A stretch of 64,000 nt of DNA from a virus. The position numbers and the translations under genes were made by a program. Of the stretch, positions 39,151 to 50,267 are shown piece by piece (positions within the stretch are counted from its first letter, which is position 1; each line of letters starts with the position of its first letter). The notes beneath the pieces were generated by a model. It saw nothing but the letters and a program-made list of their open reading frames with translations. It had not been told where the DNA came from and made no database searches. The stretch is taken from positions 1 to 64,000 of IMG/VR virus record IMGVR_UViG_3300048838_001252. One strand, 5' to 3'.

Positions 39151-40806
39151 TTACTGTAAGTCACCAATTCCGAAAGTCTGAAGACCATCGCAGAAAATTC
39201 TACCGTAGTAACGGTTAAGAACCATTTTCTTTGCATAACGAGTCATGATACCACGAATCGGAGTGAAATCGAATGGGTTGTACATAACCGGAGTCAACTG
39301 CATCGGTACGTAAGGAGCGTAAATGTAACCAGTCTCAAGGATTGATGTACCTTTATGTCCAATAAGTACGGTGTTAGCAGGTGCGTATGGGTCACGATAA
39401 ACGATGTAACGTCCACTAAGAGTACCAATTTTTTCAATACCCATGTTATACTTATCCTGTTCAGGACTTGCATTACTTACGTGGAAGTACTCAAGGTCAT
39501 CGAATACTGCACTAACTTCAGGAGATACAACTACCCATGATGCACCACCACGAAGAGTTGCTTTGTGAATCTGTGCTGAAATCTGGTTGATTTTTGTAAC
39601 CAATGTCTGATTCCAGTCTTTCTGTGTACCGTAGTATGCAGTAGATTGTCTACGAAGACCATTATAGTCCCAACGAGCAGTCCATGCAGCACCTCTACGA
39701 AGGTCACGAAGAATTTCACGGTCGATTTCAGCAGCCATTTGTTCTGAAAGAAGAGCAGTTAACTCAGCTTCAGCGTCAATGTTGTGGAATGCACTAACGT
39801 CCTGTGCAAGTTCTGGTGTCCACATAGCACGCATTTTACGTGTTTCAACAGATACTGTTACTTGGTCAAGTACGAAAGTTACTTCAGCCATTCTTGAATC
39901 TTCTTCAAGGTCAGAGTATACTCTGTAAGTTACAGAGAAAGTAGGTGTGCTTGCAGCACTCATTGCTTGATAACCATCAGTTCCAGCGTACTGTAAGTCA
40001 GCGATAAGAACGATTTGACCATCTGAGTTAACAATTGGCTGTCCGTATTTCTGAACTTTTACGTTGAAAGGAATAGCATCACCAGCAGCGATACCTTCAA
40101 AACCAGCAGGTGCAGTTAATGCAACATCTGCAAATACTTTCAATCCAGCAAGGAAAGTTTCAGTATCCATAGGAACACCAGCAGGACCGATTAATTTACC
40201 CTGTGAATCGGTAGCGAAACCACCAACTGTTAAGGTAACGAATTTATCAGTACCAAGTACAAATGTAGCTGCTGTAGTAGCACCTGTGATTACGTCAATC
40301 TGACCCCTTGAACGGTCGAACAATGAAGTACCTTCTTCACCATATTCAGTTGCATAGAATGCATCGTATAATGAACGTTCTTCAAATCCGGTTCTGTTAG
40401 TGTTAGTTGCTGCGTTCTGGTATGCACCATTTGGTGATGTATGAATTCCAGTTTCAGCATCAGTTACTCTAACGCTTGCTTTAGGGTTGATGTAGTATAA
40501 TTTACCAATAGGTAAATTGAGAGCCTGTACAGAAACGATGTCGTTTGCTAAAAGTTTAGCAAATACCCTACGAATAACAGGGAATGCAACAGTTTCAAAC
40601 TGACCTGACGCTGCAGAATCAGTAGATTCGTTAATCATGTGTGAAAGCTGGTTTTCGAATAACTGCGCACAGTTTTCTTTAACATTACCTTCAAGTCCTT
40701 CAAGAAGACCAATCTTTTCCCACCTGTTGGTGGTTATTTCTCTTTGCTCACGAAGTTGTTTTAATCCAATATTACCAACTTCTGCGCTTTCCATTAAAAA
40801 TCCCAT
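39151..40806 (-). CDS. Major capsid protein (T4 gp23-like)
   Basis: W...GLLEGL, P.IRRVF..L.A.DIVSVQ, RK.RA.WT.ELAQD..A.H.IDAEAEL, YAPYVP, P..GIMTRY. Confidence 0.97.
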   Translation of the reverse strand: MGFLMESAEVGNIGLKQLREQREITTNRWEKIGLLEGLEGNVKENCAQLFENQLSHMINESTDSAASGQFETVAFPVIRRVFAKLLANDIVSVQALNLPIGKLYYINPKASVRVTDAETGIHTSPNGAYQNAATNTNRTGFEERSLYDAFYATEYGEEGTSLFDRSRGQIDVITGATTAATFVLGTDKFVTLTVGGFATDSQGKLIGPAGVPMDTETFLAGLKVFADVALTAPAGFEGIAAGDAIPFNVKVQKYGQPIVNSDGQIVLIADLQYAGTDGYQAMSAASTPTFSVTYRVYSDLEEDSRMAEVTFVLDQVTVSVETRKMRAMWTPELAQDVSAFHNIDAEAELTALLSEQMAAEIDREILRDLRRGAAWTARWDYNGLRRQSTAYYGTQKDWNQTLVTKINQISAQIHKATLRGGASWVVVSPEVSAVFDDLEYFHVSNASPEQDKYNMGIEKIGTLSGRYIVYRDPYAPANTVLIGHKGTSILETGYIYAPYVPMQLTPVMYNPFDFTPIRGIMTRYAKKMVLNRYYGRIFCDGLQTFGIGDLQ

Positions 40807-40827
40807 TGTATGAATGTTTTAAATTTT

Positions 40828-42384
40828 TTAAAGATTATTTTTTTTGCCTCTATGTTCTACGTATTCAATAAGTTTTTTCATTTTCTGAATATGTTTATCG
40901 TTTTCGTAGGCTGTTTTTTCCACTACTTCGTCAAGTTTTTGTTTTGAAGACGGTTGAATTGAGGCGTTCACCTTTTCTTCAATACTTTCAGTTAAAGTTT
41001 TTTTGCTTTCTTTCATTTCTGTAAGAACTGCTTTATACTTCTTCTGTGATTCAGTAATGCTATCAACTTTTTTAAATTCGTTGATAATTTTAATTTTATC
41101 TTCCTGAGTCAATGCCAATTCTTCATTTACCAAAAGGTTATTTACATGTGCCAAATTGGTATTAAAAACTGCCATCTCCTTCAATTGATTACGATACTTG
41201 TCAAGTGCGGTCTTATAGCTTTCAACTAAAGTTCCAACGGATTCCTTGTACTTCTTTGTTTCGTTCATTTTCTTGGTCAACTTCTTGTTTTCCTCAAGTA
41301 AACTTTCAAACTTTTTCTCAGTACTTTCGTTTTGTGGATTGTTTACACTACCATAACGTTTGTGACGCTGTGGTGCGAAATCTTTTCCCGGTAAATGGTC
41401 ACCAGCTACATGTTTGCTTGTACTGTGAGCCATACCAGATGCTTCATCAACAGATTGCTCTGCAGGTGCACCCAATACTGCTTCAATATCAGCATCAGTA
41501 ATTGGTTCTTCATCAATCATCTGAGTGGTAGGACCACCATTTTCACGACCGGGGATACTTTGTTTTCCACCTTGGTTCTTCTGTTCTTCTACAGGTAATT
41601 CTTCGTCAATCATTTGAGTGGTCGGACCACCATTTTCACGACCCGGAATACTCTGTTTTCCACCTTGATTTTTCTGCTCTTCAACGCCAAACCCTTTAAT
41701 CATTTCATCGAGTTTGTTTCTCATGTTAACAAGTTCTGAATATGGGTCACTATCTTTAGCTTCTTCCATAGCATTCATCCCGTTAAGGTTTTCCATGCTT
41801 GCAATTTCGCTTTCAATTTCTTCCATTGTTAGAACTTCGTCTTCATCATCAGCATTTTCCAAAGCAGAACCGACACTATCAACATCGAGTTCTGTTACAT
41901 CAAATTCTTCAGAAATGTTTGAAATCGGTTTTCCTGAACTTGGATTTACTTTATCGGTGAAGATGTTACCTTTCTCGGTTTCACCTTTTCCCTGATTTGG
42001 CGTATCGCTTTCGATATCAGCCATAAATTCTTTCTCACGTTCTTCTTTAACGGTTTCAAGTCCTTTTGCTTTTTCATCAAAGGGTTTTCCTTCTCCAGCA
42101 TTTTCTTTTACAACCTTTTTGGTCTCTTTAGTTTGATTCTTCATAACAGATTCTTTATTTGTTTCAACATCATCTGATTCCTCAGATTCTTTCTTTACAT
42201 CCAATTTTTTATAGGATTCTTTTTTTGATTTATTTTTATTTATTTCTTCCTTTAATAAGCTACTAAACTTTTCAGGAAATTCTTCGGCTAATTTCTTTTT
42301 AGCATTAGTTTCCGCAGCCTCCTTGATTGCATTGTAATCAGTTAAGGCTTCTTTAATAATCGATGATTTTTTATCGTCTTTCAT
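40828..42384 (-). CDS. Prohead core/scaffolding protein
   Basis: Acidic, coiled-coil C-terminus, many (L/I/V)xE sites; lies between the protease and MCP genes. Confidence 0.75.
   Translation of the reverse strand: MKDDKKSSIIKEALTDYNAIKEAAETNAKKKLAEEFPEKFSSLLKEEINKNKSKKESYKKLDVKKESEESDDVETNKESVMKNQTKETKKVVKENAGEGKPFDEKAKGLETVKEEREKEFMADIESDTPNQGKGETEKGNIFTDKVNPSSGKPISNISEEFDVTELDVDSVGSALENADDEDEVLTMEEIESEIASMENLNGMNAMEEAKDSDPYSELVNMRNKLDEMIKGFGVEEQKNQGGKQSIPGRENGGPTTQMIDEELPVEEQKNQGGKQSIPGRENGGPTTQMIDEEPITDADIEAVLGAPAEQSVDEASGMAHSTSKHVAGDHLPGKDFAPQRHKRYGSVNNPQNESTEKKFESLLEENKKLTKKMNETKKYKESVGTLVESYKTALDKYRNQLKEMAVFNTNLAHVNNLLVNEELALTQEDKIKIINEFKKVDSITESQKKYKAVLTEMKESKKTLTESIEEKVNASIQPSSKQKLDEVVEKTAYENDKHIQKMKKLIEYVEHRGKKNNL
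41506..41685 (-). repeat. Tandem duplication (93-nt period) in the scaffold gene
   Basis: VEEQKNQGGKQSIPGRENGGPTTQMIDEE occurs twice, with synonymous differences. Confidence 0.9.
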
Positions 42385-42511
42385 GTTGTTAATAAGTCGT
42401 ATCTAATACTATAATTTTTATATAAATACATTCTCATTGCGAAAAAGTATGTTTTTTTATAAAATTCTTGATGTTTCCGAATTTTATCATTATTTTTGCC
42501 ACCATTTTTTC

Positions 42512-43213
42512 TTATAATAAGAATCGATTTACGGCTGTTATTATTTTACTGTCCTCTTCTTTTAAATAAATACCGTTCTTGTTCACATAGTTCTCACCGA
42601 ATCCAACGCTATTTTGTTTTTCTGGAAATAAATATGCACCGGGAGTACTTGGCGTAGCTACAAGGTCGAAACCGATTAATTCAAAATCATTCTGAACCAT
42701 GTTTTCACCATTAACTTCTTTGAGTGTACCAACACCACGACTGGAAATACCTAACTTAATTTTATTTTGTAGGTACAATACAATCTTATCACCAACTACT
42801 GAAACAACACCATATTTTATGTATCCCGGAGAAACAATTAATTTCAACTGACCATATAAAACATTTTCTTGCTCATTACTTCCCCACCACATCTTTGTAA
42901 TCATGTGAGAGATATTTTGAAGCGATATGATACTACTATCTGGGTGGTCGGCTTCTGAAACAGCACTGTTTGTTTTAACCAATTCCTGATAAACGTCAAC
43001 TTGTGGTATTAAAACGTCTTTGGGGTAGATACGACCGTTTTTGTTTTTAACGCCCCATTTTTGTAAAATACAGTTAACTAATACAGGTTGTCCGGGTTTT
43101 AACTCAAAACTTTCGGTTAAAATATCCTTGTTGATTTCACTATTAATATATCCAGCATCATGTTCAATCAGAATTCCGAATCCAACATCACCTGCTTGTA
43201 ATATCTTGCTCAT
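42512..43213 (-). CDS. Prohead protease (T4 gp21-like)
   Basis: KNKNGRIYP, E.DHP, SH, LGISSRGVG and FDLVATPS motifs. Confidence 0.93.
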   Translation of the reverse strand: MSKILQAGDVGFGILIEHDAGYINSEINKDILTESFELKPGQPVLVNCILQKWGVKNKNGRIYPKDVLIPQVDVYQELVKTNSAVSEADHPDSSIISLQNISHMITKMWWGSNEQENVLYGQLKLIVSPGYIKYGVVSVVGDKIVLYLQNKIKLGISSRGVGTLKEVNGENMVQNDFELIGFDLVATPSTPGAYLFPEKQNSVGFGENYVNKNGIYLKEEDSKIITAVNRFLL

Positions 43214-43242
43214 AATAATTTCTTTAATATAAATAGTTTTGT

Positions 43243-43398
43243 TTATCGTTTTTTATTGTCACCGTTTTTTGATGTCGATAAACTCACAATTTTTCCCGCA
43301 TTATTAATGTTTAATAAAAAAGCACGGGTTTCTAATTTTGCAATAGCTTCTTCAAGAACTAAATTAATTTCCTTGAGTTTTTTAATTTTTTCCGGCAT
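43243..43398 (-). CDS. Small hypothetical protein, 51 aa
   Basis: Not in track: MPEKIKKLKEINLVLEEAIAKLETRAFLLNINNAGKIVSLSTSKNGDNKKR. Confidence 0.45.
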   Translation of the reverse strand: MPEKIKKLKEINLVLEEAIAKLETRAFLLNINNAGKIVSLSTSKNGDNKKR

Positions 43399-43411
43399 GT
43401 CGATAAAAATA

Positions 43412-43891
43412 TTATTCTGTTTTCGTTAACTTTTCTAACTTTCCTTGAATCTCATCAAGTTTTGTTAAAATTTCGTTGGTTTGAAAACTCTCTATCTTTC
43501 CTTGAATATCTCCAAGAAGTTTCATAATTTTTTCGGATTCAACTTTCCCAATTTTCTCACTTAAATCAAGAAGAACAGATACACCATTTAATACATACAG
43601 GGTTTCTTTTTCACTTTCCATCCACTGTCGTGTTCTTTCTTCTTCACGTTTAAGCATTTCCAATCTAATTTTCTCCAGTGTTTCATTATGTTCTTTTCTG
43701 ATATTGTCTACTTTTGCAATTTGTTGGTCTTGCATTAATTTAAAATCTGCGCTTTTCTTTCTAAAGACACGTATGTAATATATCCACGAAATCATAGTGA
43801 CTATGGTGGATAAGATAAACAGGTAAAAGAAAGCGTTATAGTACCAAATCGGATGGTGAACAACTAATATCGTTTGTAGGATTGAACTCAT
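43412..43891 (-). CDS. Membrane protein with N-terminal TM and coiled coil (holin/spanin-like candidate)
   Basis: Hydrophobic residues about 16-39; promoter variant CTATTTAT at 43907-43914. Confidence 0.5.
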   Translation of the reverse strand: MSSILQTILVVHHPIWYYNAFFYLFILSTIVTMISWIYYIRVFRKKSADFKLMQDQQIAKVDNIRKEHNETLEKIRLEMLKREEERTRQWMESEKETLYVLNGVSVLLDLSEKIGKVESEKIMKLLGDIQGKIESFQTNEILTKLDEIQGKLEKLTKTE

Positions 43892-43986
43892 TTTTTCGTT
43901 TTAATAATAAATAGTTTAAATAGTTCAAATGTTTTGTCTATTTTTATATTTTTTACTGTGAGGTATTTATATTTAAAATCAAAAGA

Positions 43987-46900
43987 ATGGCAAGTAATGT
44001 AGAACTTATTGACCCGAATGTGGTTGCGACAAAAGGAAATCCACATGTTAACGGTATACCACAATATCAGGACATGTATATTTTTGCCGAACTAACTGCA
44101 AAGAGTAGAGGTAGGACTGTTGTTATAACCACAAACGATGGGAATATAAGTAAAGGAACATTTAAAACAGGTTTAGAAAAACCAAGAAACGTTAATCTAT
44201 TAGGTGTGAATCAAATAGAAGATGACCCAAACTATCTTAATTTTACCACGAATTATTATGATGGTAGTACTGGAAATTATACACAATATGAAAGTTTTGG
44301 TATTAATAATATTAAGGTAATTATCAATTCATCGTTTGTTCCACAAGTAAACGTACAATTTGTTGATATAAGGGGTTTATCTTTCTTCAATCAAGAAGGT
44401 TCTCCATATAGAATGCTTTTTGATTTTCCACCACCAGTTTTTGAATTATCAATTAAGGGATATTATGGTAAAACACTTACATATCAACTACATCTCGTAA
44501 AATATACCACAGAATTTCAATCTGATACCGGAAACTTTGTTATTGATGCACAATTTGTGGCAGTTACATTTGCGCCACTAAGCGATGTATTATTTAGATA
44601 TGTTGTAAATGGTGCATTAATAGATAGAAATGTTTCATTATCACCCGAACCCGGAACTCCACCAAATAATACATTTGAATTAATAACCAAATTAAAAAAT
44701 TTATATACTCCACTTCCAGAATTTGTAAAAACAGATGTTGAGGTTAAAGAATATGATAATGCAAATGCCGATATAAAGGGTATTGAAACATTGGTTTCTA
44801 TAATTCGAAATTTTAAAGCAGACCCTGCCTTGGAAAAACTTGGCAATACATTTTTAATTGCCAAACAAAACGACCCAAAAAATTTTGTTCAGGTTGAAGT
44901 AACACCTGTTGTTGAAGACGATGACAATATTATTATATTAGAATCGTTATCTCAATATGATGATATTATAAAAAGTCTTGCAACCGATAGTATTCCCACA
45001 ACAATGACAAATAGATTGTATATTGTGACACCTACACAATATAATACAAGTCCCGAAGAAAAATACAATCCTTTCGCCACAGGCGATAATCCAATAAAAA
45101 GTTTTCCCGAACTACTTCCCGGTAAAATTAATAGTGAGAGATTGGCTTTTGATTCATTTAAAAATAAACTTGTTAAAAGAACAACAGAAATACTTGGAAG
45201 CACAGAATCTGTAACCCAATCGCAAATATCTGATATTATATTTGATAACTATAAAAATGTTTCAACCAATAAATTACAAAAAGAAACAACAAAATATATA
45301 GGTATTGATATCACTGACTATTATTTGAAACTATATAAAACAAATTTTTCGTTAAATAAGGATAAAGCCACGCTTTCAAAAAATATCGCAACAAAAATAA
45401 ATAACATGATATCCCAAAATCTGGGTATGATGCCAACAATTTATAATGTTTTTAAAATAATATTGGATGATGTTGATACATTTTTTGAAAAATTAAGAGA
45501 TACTTCGAAGGAAGCAGAAGTCAAACATAATGAATCTTCAAGCAGAAACATTATTATTGGTGATAGTTATAAGGACAATCAAGATAAAATATTTGCATTT
45601 CCGTTAATTGTTGATACACAAAAAGTTGTTTGTGGTGGAAATAAAGAAGAAAGAATAGCACCAATAGAATTAAGTAAAAAAACCACATTTCCTGAAATGG
45701 ATTTAGTAAATAAATTTATTAAAACATTTTTTGACCAACAGAAATTGGAGATTTTAAATACAATGCGTGAGAAAAAAAATGCTGAAGGTGTTAACGAGTG
45801 GTTACCAGTATCACCAGCAGATTCAACCATTGGCTCAAAAGATACCAAGAGTCCTTATGCTGGTGTTGATACCACAACGGGTATACCTAATTTATCTGAA
45901 GATAATAGGTTGTCACAAATATTAAAGATTGTTTTAAAGCGATACTACGCATTATCTCAGGGTATTATACCAAATGCTTTTTATAATACATATAATGGTC
46001 GTGTAAATGATGCTTATGTTAAATTATATGCTGAATCTGAAGCAGTAAACCTTGCAACATCTGCAACAAATTCTGAATATGGAAATCTTTTAAAATCAAA
46101 CGCTGCAATTTATAAGGATAATATTAATGGTATAAATGGTTTTTATACGCTATTACAGAATACCGTTCCAGATTTTTATGGGTTCGATAATGATGTGGTG
46201 ACCTCTATCAATATTACAGATACTAATGATGTGTATGTGGATAAAAATAATCCAAATTTTGAGGGAGTTATAATATACAGAAATGATATAAGCGAACAAC
46301 AAGTAGATAAAAACTCAAATAGACCAATAGATAAATTCAAAGCGGGGGTACAAAAAACTTTTTTCACCACAACAAAAAAAGAAGAATATTATACCTTCAC
46401 AGAGGAAAACGTTCAATTCATTGCAGATAAAAGAAGAAATAAAAGTGGTGAAGATAAAAGACAAAATAAGGACGATGGGAAGGGTAATAACATTATTACC
46501 AGATTTTTGACTGATGTGGAAATGAAAGTTGAAAATATCAACGAAACTGATGACTATCCAACTGTTCAACAATTATTAAATAGCGGTAATGCTGTTTGGG
46601 GATATTTGGGTACAAGTGCAGCTAAACAAAACATTAATCGATTTGAAAATATTATCGACATATGGGTTGACCAATTATCCAGTAAATATGGTGGTCAATT
46701 TTTTGATAATTTAATACATGATGAAATAATTAATACTCGTTCAAAATTAAGTGCAATGTTTATTCTTTCGAATTTTGGACATGCACTCGCAACATTCAAT
46801 GTAAAACCAAGTGCTTTAAATGAACTTATATTTACCACACCCGCAGTAGTTGAAGTTCCAAGATTTTTACCTGCATATATTGGTGCACTTATTGATGCTA

Positions 46901-48513
46901 AAGAAGATGGGTGGGATAATGAAATTATTGATTTTTTTACTGCCGGAACGGGTTCGAAATTCTACAATAATGGCTGCTTAATAATTGCAGATTATGTTGA
47001 CGTGAATAAATATATTTCTAAAAAAGACAAAGAAATTTTTAGGCAAGAGTTTCTCGATTATTATTCGAATGGTGCAGAACGTGGAGAGTATTATAGATAT
47101 GCATCAAGACTAAAAAATTTATATGACAGTGTTAATAGTGGCAATAAAGATAAAAAAGATACATATGAGGAATATTTAAATACTACAGGTGATTATTATG
47201 ATGGTGTCATATTACCAATGATTGAAAGAACAAATCTTGCAATTTTTAGTGAAAGAACATTCAGGAGAGTAACCACATATCCTGCCACATACAGGTCGAT
47301 AAAAAATATGACAGGTAAAACAGAAAGTGAAACAAATATAAATTATTTTAAGGTCTTCTTGACCAAACTAAATGATGAAATTCTTAAAAAGGATGAAGAA
47401 TTAAAGGAGCAGGAAGTTGAAGAAGAAAAAAAGAAAAGCGATAAGGACATTATAACCCAAACATACTATTCATTTAAAAATATTAATGATAAGTGGTTAA
47501 CAGGTCCTACTCAAAGCAATACCTATGGATATCCGTTTAATAGAACTAACAGAGCAAGACTAATTGATTCGTTTGTATTTGTTGATAGAGCAATGAATCC
47601 TATCGGTGACACTATACTCAATGCTGAAATACTTATTGATTTATTTGAAGACCCTAACGTAAGTTTATTCAGTGTTTTATCACAACTTTTATCGCTTAAT
47701 GGATTTGAGTTTTTTCCACTACAAAATTTTATGTCATATACTAATGACTCGTGGGAAGATTCTTTCAGAATTGATACAAGTGGTGATGCTGGTCAAAGAA
47801 CCGCATTTGTGTGTATGTATATAGGTGGCACATCAAGTTATCCCTCAACAGGTAGTAATGATTTTATTAATGATGGAATAGTTGATTTAGGAAATACTGA
47901 TGCCAAAGATTTCAGCACTACTGAAGAAAATTGTGAACAATTTCCAGATTTTGATAATCAAGTAGCATCTAACGAAGATTTTCCTTATAGAAAAGTCAGA
48001 GCATTTCGTGTTAGATTTGGAGAACAAAATCAATCGATGTTTATTAACATGAAAATCGATAGTAAGGAATATCCAGAAACAAACGAAAGCATTCAAATTT
48101 TATCAAGATTGGCTGGTGATAATAGAGAGCAAGCACCCATACCTAAAGGACAAAATTTATATAATCTGTACGAAAATAGGGCGTATAGCGCAACAATTAC
48201 TGGTCTGGGAAATGCTATGATTCAACCAACACAATATTTTCAATTAGAAAACATTCCTATATTTAACGGAGCGTATCTTATATTAAGTGTTGAGCATTCA
48301 ATTACTGCGAATAAAATGACTACGAGTTTTACTGGCACTAAAATTATGAAATATCCGATGCCAAGAGTAACATCACCATTTGCTTTTGCAGGTTTTGATG
48401 GTGAGTTGGATTTAAGCGAATTAACTCCGGGAGAACTTACACAGGCTGCAAATGCAATTAATACAGAACAAAAGGCACAATTTAACTCAATGTATGAATT
48501 CAAAATTCAATAA
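43987..48513 (+). CDS. Very large baseplate hub-like virion protein
   Basis: N-terminal FGI..I......P.V...F.D.RG and C-terminal Y.A.ITGLGN..IQP..YF.L.N.P.F.G.YLI..V.H.I hub-type motifs; late promoter at 43962-43971. Confidence 0.62.
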   Translation: MASNVELIDPNVVATKGNPHVNGIPQYQDMYIFAELTAKSRGRTVVITTNDGNISKGTFKTGLEKPRNVNLLGVNQIEDDPNYLNFTTNYYDGSTGNYTQYESFGINNIKVIINSSFVPQVNVQFVDIRGLSFFNQEGSPYRMLFDFPPPVFELSIKGYYGKTLTYQLHLVKYTTEFQSDTGNFVIDAQFVAVTFAPLSDVLFRYVVNGALIDRNVSLSPEPGTPPNNTFELITKLKNLYTPLPEFVKTDVEVKEYDNANADIKGIETLVSIIRNFKADPALEKLGNTFLIAKQNDPKNFVQVEVTPVVEDDDNIIILESLSQYDDIIKSLATDSIPTTMTNRLYIVTPTQYNTSPEEKYNPFATGDNPIKSFPELLPGKINSERLAFDSFKNKLVKRTTEILGSTESVTQSQISDIIFDNYKNVSTNKLQKETTKYIGIDITDYYLKLYKTNFSLNKDKATLSKNIATKINNMISQNLGMMPTIYNVFKIILDDVDTFFEKLRDTSKEAEVKHNESSSRNIIIGDSYKDNQDKIFAFPLIVDTQKVVCGGNKEERIAPIELSKKTTFPEMDLVNKFIKTFFDQQKLEILNTMREKKNAEGVNEWLPVSPADSTIGSKDTKSPYAGVDTTTGIPNLSEDNRLSQILKIVLKRYYALSQGIIPNAFYNTYNGRVNDAYVKLYAESEAVNLATSATNSEYGNLLKSNAAIYKDNINGINGFYTLLQNTVPDFYGFDNDVVTSINITDTNDVYVDKNNPNFEGVIIYRNDISEQQVDKNSNRPIDKFKAGVQKTFFTTTKKEEYYTFTEENVQFIADKRRNKSGEDKRQNKDDGKGNNIITRFLTDVEMKVENINETDDYPTVQQLLNSGNAVWGYLGTSAAKQNINRFENIIDIWVDQLSSKYGGQFFDNLIHDEIINTRSKLSAMFILSNFGHALATFNVKPSALNELIFTTPAVVEVPRFLPAYIGALIDAKEDGWDNEIIDFFTAGTGSKFYNNGCLIIADYVDVNKYISKKDKEIFRQEFLDYYSNGAERGEYYRYASRLKNLYDSVNSGNKDKKDTYEEYLNTTGDYYDGVILPMIERTNLAIFSERTFRRVTTYPATYRSIKNMTGKTESETNINYFKVFLTKLNDEILKKDEELKEQEVEEEKKKSDKDIITQTYYSFKNINDKWLTGPTQSNTYGYPFNRTNRARLIDSFVFVDRAMNPIGDTILNAEILIDLFEDPNVSLFSVLSQLLSLNGFEFFPLQNFMSYTNDSWEDSFRIDTSGDAGQRTAFVCMYIGGTSSYPSTGSNDFINDGIVDLGNTDAKDFSTTEENCEQFPDFDNQVASNEDFPYRKVRAFRVRFGEQNQSMFINMKIDSKEYPETNESIQILSRLAGDNREQAPIPKGQNLYNLYENRAYSATITGLGNAMIQPTQYFQLENIPIFNGAYLILSVEHSITANKMTTSFTGTKIMKYPMPRVTSPFAFAGFDGELDLSELTPGELTQAANAINTEQKAQFNSMYEFKIQ

Positions 48514-48515
48514 TC

Positions 48516-49466
48516 ATGGCATATAGACAATTAACAGAAGAGGGTAAAAGTTTCATTAGAAAAATTTGTGAAGGTAATGGTAATAGCTTACTTTCTGGAA
48601 AGAGTCGATTTAAAATCAAAGACCCCACCAACAAATTGTACAACCCTAATGGAGTTTTACCCTATTGTACCCCAGAAACACCTGCAACAAAAATCTGGAC
48701 ATCAAATGCTAAGTATGAAGGTAGTTTAATTACAACAAATGCTGCTCTGGGTGAAGCACTTATTAAGTGGTATGACAAATACGGAAAAATATATGAAATG
48801 GATGCTAATGTTTTAGCAGCGCAAGCATTTCAGGAATCTGGCTATTATATTTGGAATTATGCATTAACAAGCACGGCTTCCGGTATTAGTCAATTTACTG
48901 CCGATACACTTTGGGGAATTATTATAAATAATAATCATCCAAATATTACACCTTTATTTACTGACGATGAAATTAATGCAATAGCAAATAACATCACAGA
49001 CAATAAATTTGATAAAAATTCATATACTGTTAAAAGTGATAGTAATGGTAGAAAAAATAGGGCAATAATACATCAAAATGTTATCGATAACCCAGAAATA
49101 ATGATTAAAGCACAATTTAGATACATGAAGTACATTGCAAACAAATGCGATGGATTGGCAAGTTCAACATTATTGGGTTATAGTAGGGGGGACGGTCTTG
49201 CAACTAAATCATATGCTGAATCCATAAATAAAGTAATTAATTATGGAGTAAAAAAAGAAATGGATGAATATGAAAAAGAAGGTATTGACTACGTTTTTAA
49301 AATCTTTGCTTTATTAGGCGATAAAAATAACGAACTTACAAGTTCAAAACCCCAAGGTTATTATTTTGGTTATGATAAGGGAACACTGGATTTGAAAATG
49401 AGAAGTGGTGTTGTTTTTGATGCTCAAACCGCATTGGCTATTGATTCTAACGTGAGATACCAATAA
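48516..49466 (+). CDS. Lytic transglycosylase (SLT-like) domain protein
   Basis: LAAQAFQESG...ASGISQF...NPE..IKAQ.RYM...L.GY catalytic motifs. Confidence 0.75.
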   Translation: MAYRQLTEEGKSFIRKICEGNGNSLLSGKSRFKIKDPTNKLYNPNGVLPYCTPETPATKIWTSNAKYEGSLITTNAALGEALIKWYDKYGKIYEMDANVLAAQAFQESGYYIWNYALTSTASGISQFTADTLWGIIINNNHPNITPLFTDDEINAIANNITDNKFDKNSYTVKSDSNGRKNRAIIHQNVIDNPEIMIKAQFRYMKYIANKCDGLASSTLLGYSRGDGLATKSYAESINKVINYGVKKEMDEYEKEGIDYVFKIFALLGDKNNELTSSKPQGYYFGYDKGTLDLKMRSGVVFDAQTALAIDSNVRYQ

Positions 49467-49489
49467 AAAATGCCACATTGTGGCATTTT
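49465..49489. terminator. Bidirectional terminator
   Basis: AAAATGCCAC-att-GTGGCATTTT between convergent genes. Confidence 0.75.
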
Positions 49490-50267
49490 AAAGTAATTCT
49501 TTTTTCAGTTCATGTAGTGAGATTATGTCCTCGTCTACTTTATCTTCTTTATACACCATTTCCTTAATCTTCTCAATTGCTTTCGTTATACTGTCTTTAA
49601 CACTTTCTTTATTTAATCCTTCTAAAATACTGAGGCTCTCGTTCTTATATGCTTCAAGTAATTCCTCTTTTTCTTTATTGTTTGATTTAATTAAAGTGTG
49701 AAGTAGATTTTTGTCATCTTCATTTAATGAATTATATTTTTCGTTAAATTTATCAATCGCTATCTCAATAACGTCTTCATTTATTGGTTCAACATCAACG
49801 TTCTCGATTAAATTTTTCTTAGCAGTTCTTACATGATTTAGAACAAAACTAAATGATTCGTGAATTGCATCAACATCGATTTTATCGTAGTCATTTAATG
49901 ATTCTGTAATTAATCTGTCAATTGCAGTGTATAATTGAACCCTATTATCCTCAACCGGAAGATTTTCCTCACTAATAAACGCATTTAACTTCTCACGTTC
50001 AGCATCGATTTCTTCAATGGTGTACACTTCAAATAACTTGATATTATTATCAATATATCTGGTAGCAACCAATTCGTTATCTATGTGTTTGTTTTCGATG
50101 TTGTTAAAAACCTTAAACTCTAACTGTAGAATTGGAGATTCCTTTACTACATCGAAAAAATCAACAGTTAACTTTTTCGATTCCTCAATTAAACTACTAT
50201 TAAAATAAGAATCTTTTAATTTGTTTGAAATTATCAAATTAGCAATTCCTATGTTGAAATTTTTCAT
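49488..50267 (-). CDS. Head-region hypothetical protein
   Basis: Helical and acidic; FNEKY..L motif; own late promoter at 50287-50296; downstream of portal. Confidence 0.65.
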   Translation of the reverse strand: MKNFNIGIANLIISNKLKDSYFNSSLIEESKKLTVDFFDVVKESPILQLEFKVFNNIENKHIDNELVATRYIDNNIKLFEVYTIEEIDAEREKLNAFISEENLPVEDNRVQLYTAIDRLITESLNDYDKIDVDAIHESFSFVLNHVRTAKKNLIENVDVEPINEDVIEIAIDKFNEKYNSLNEDDKNLLHTLIKSNNKEKEELLEAYKNESLSILEGLNKESVKDSITKAIEKIKEMVYKEDKVDEDIISLHELKKELL

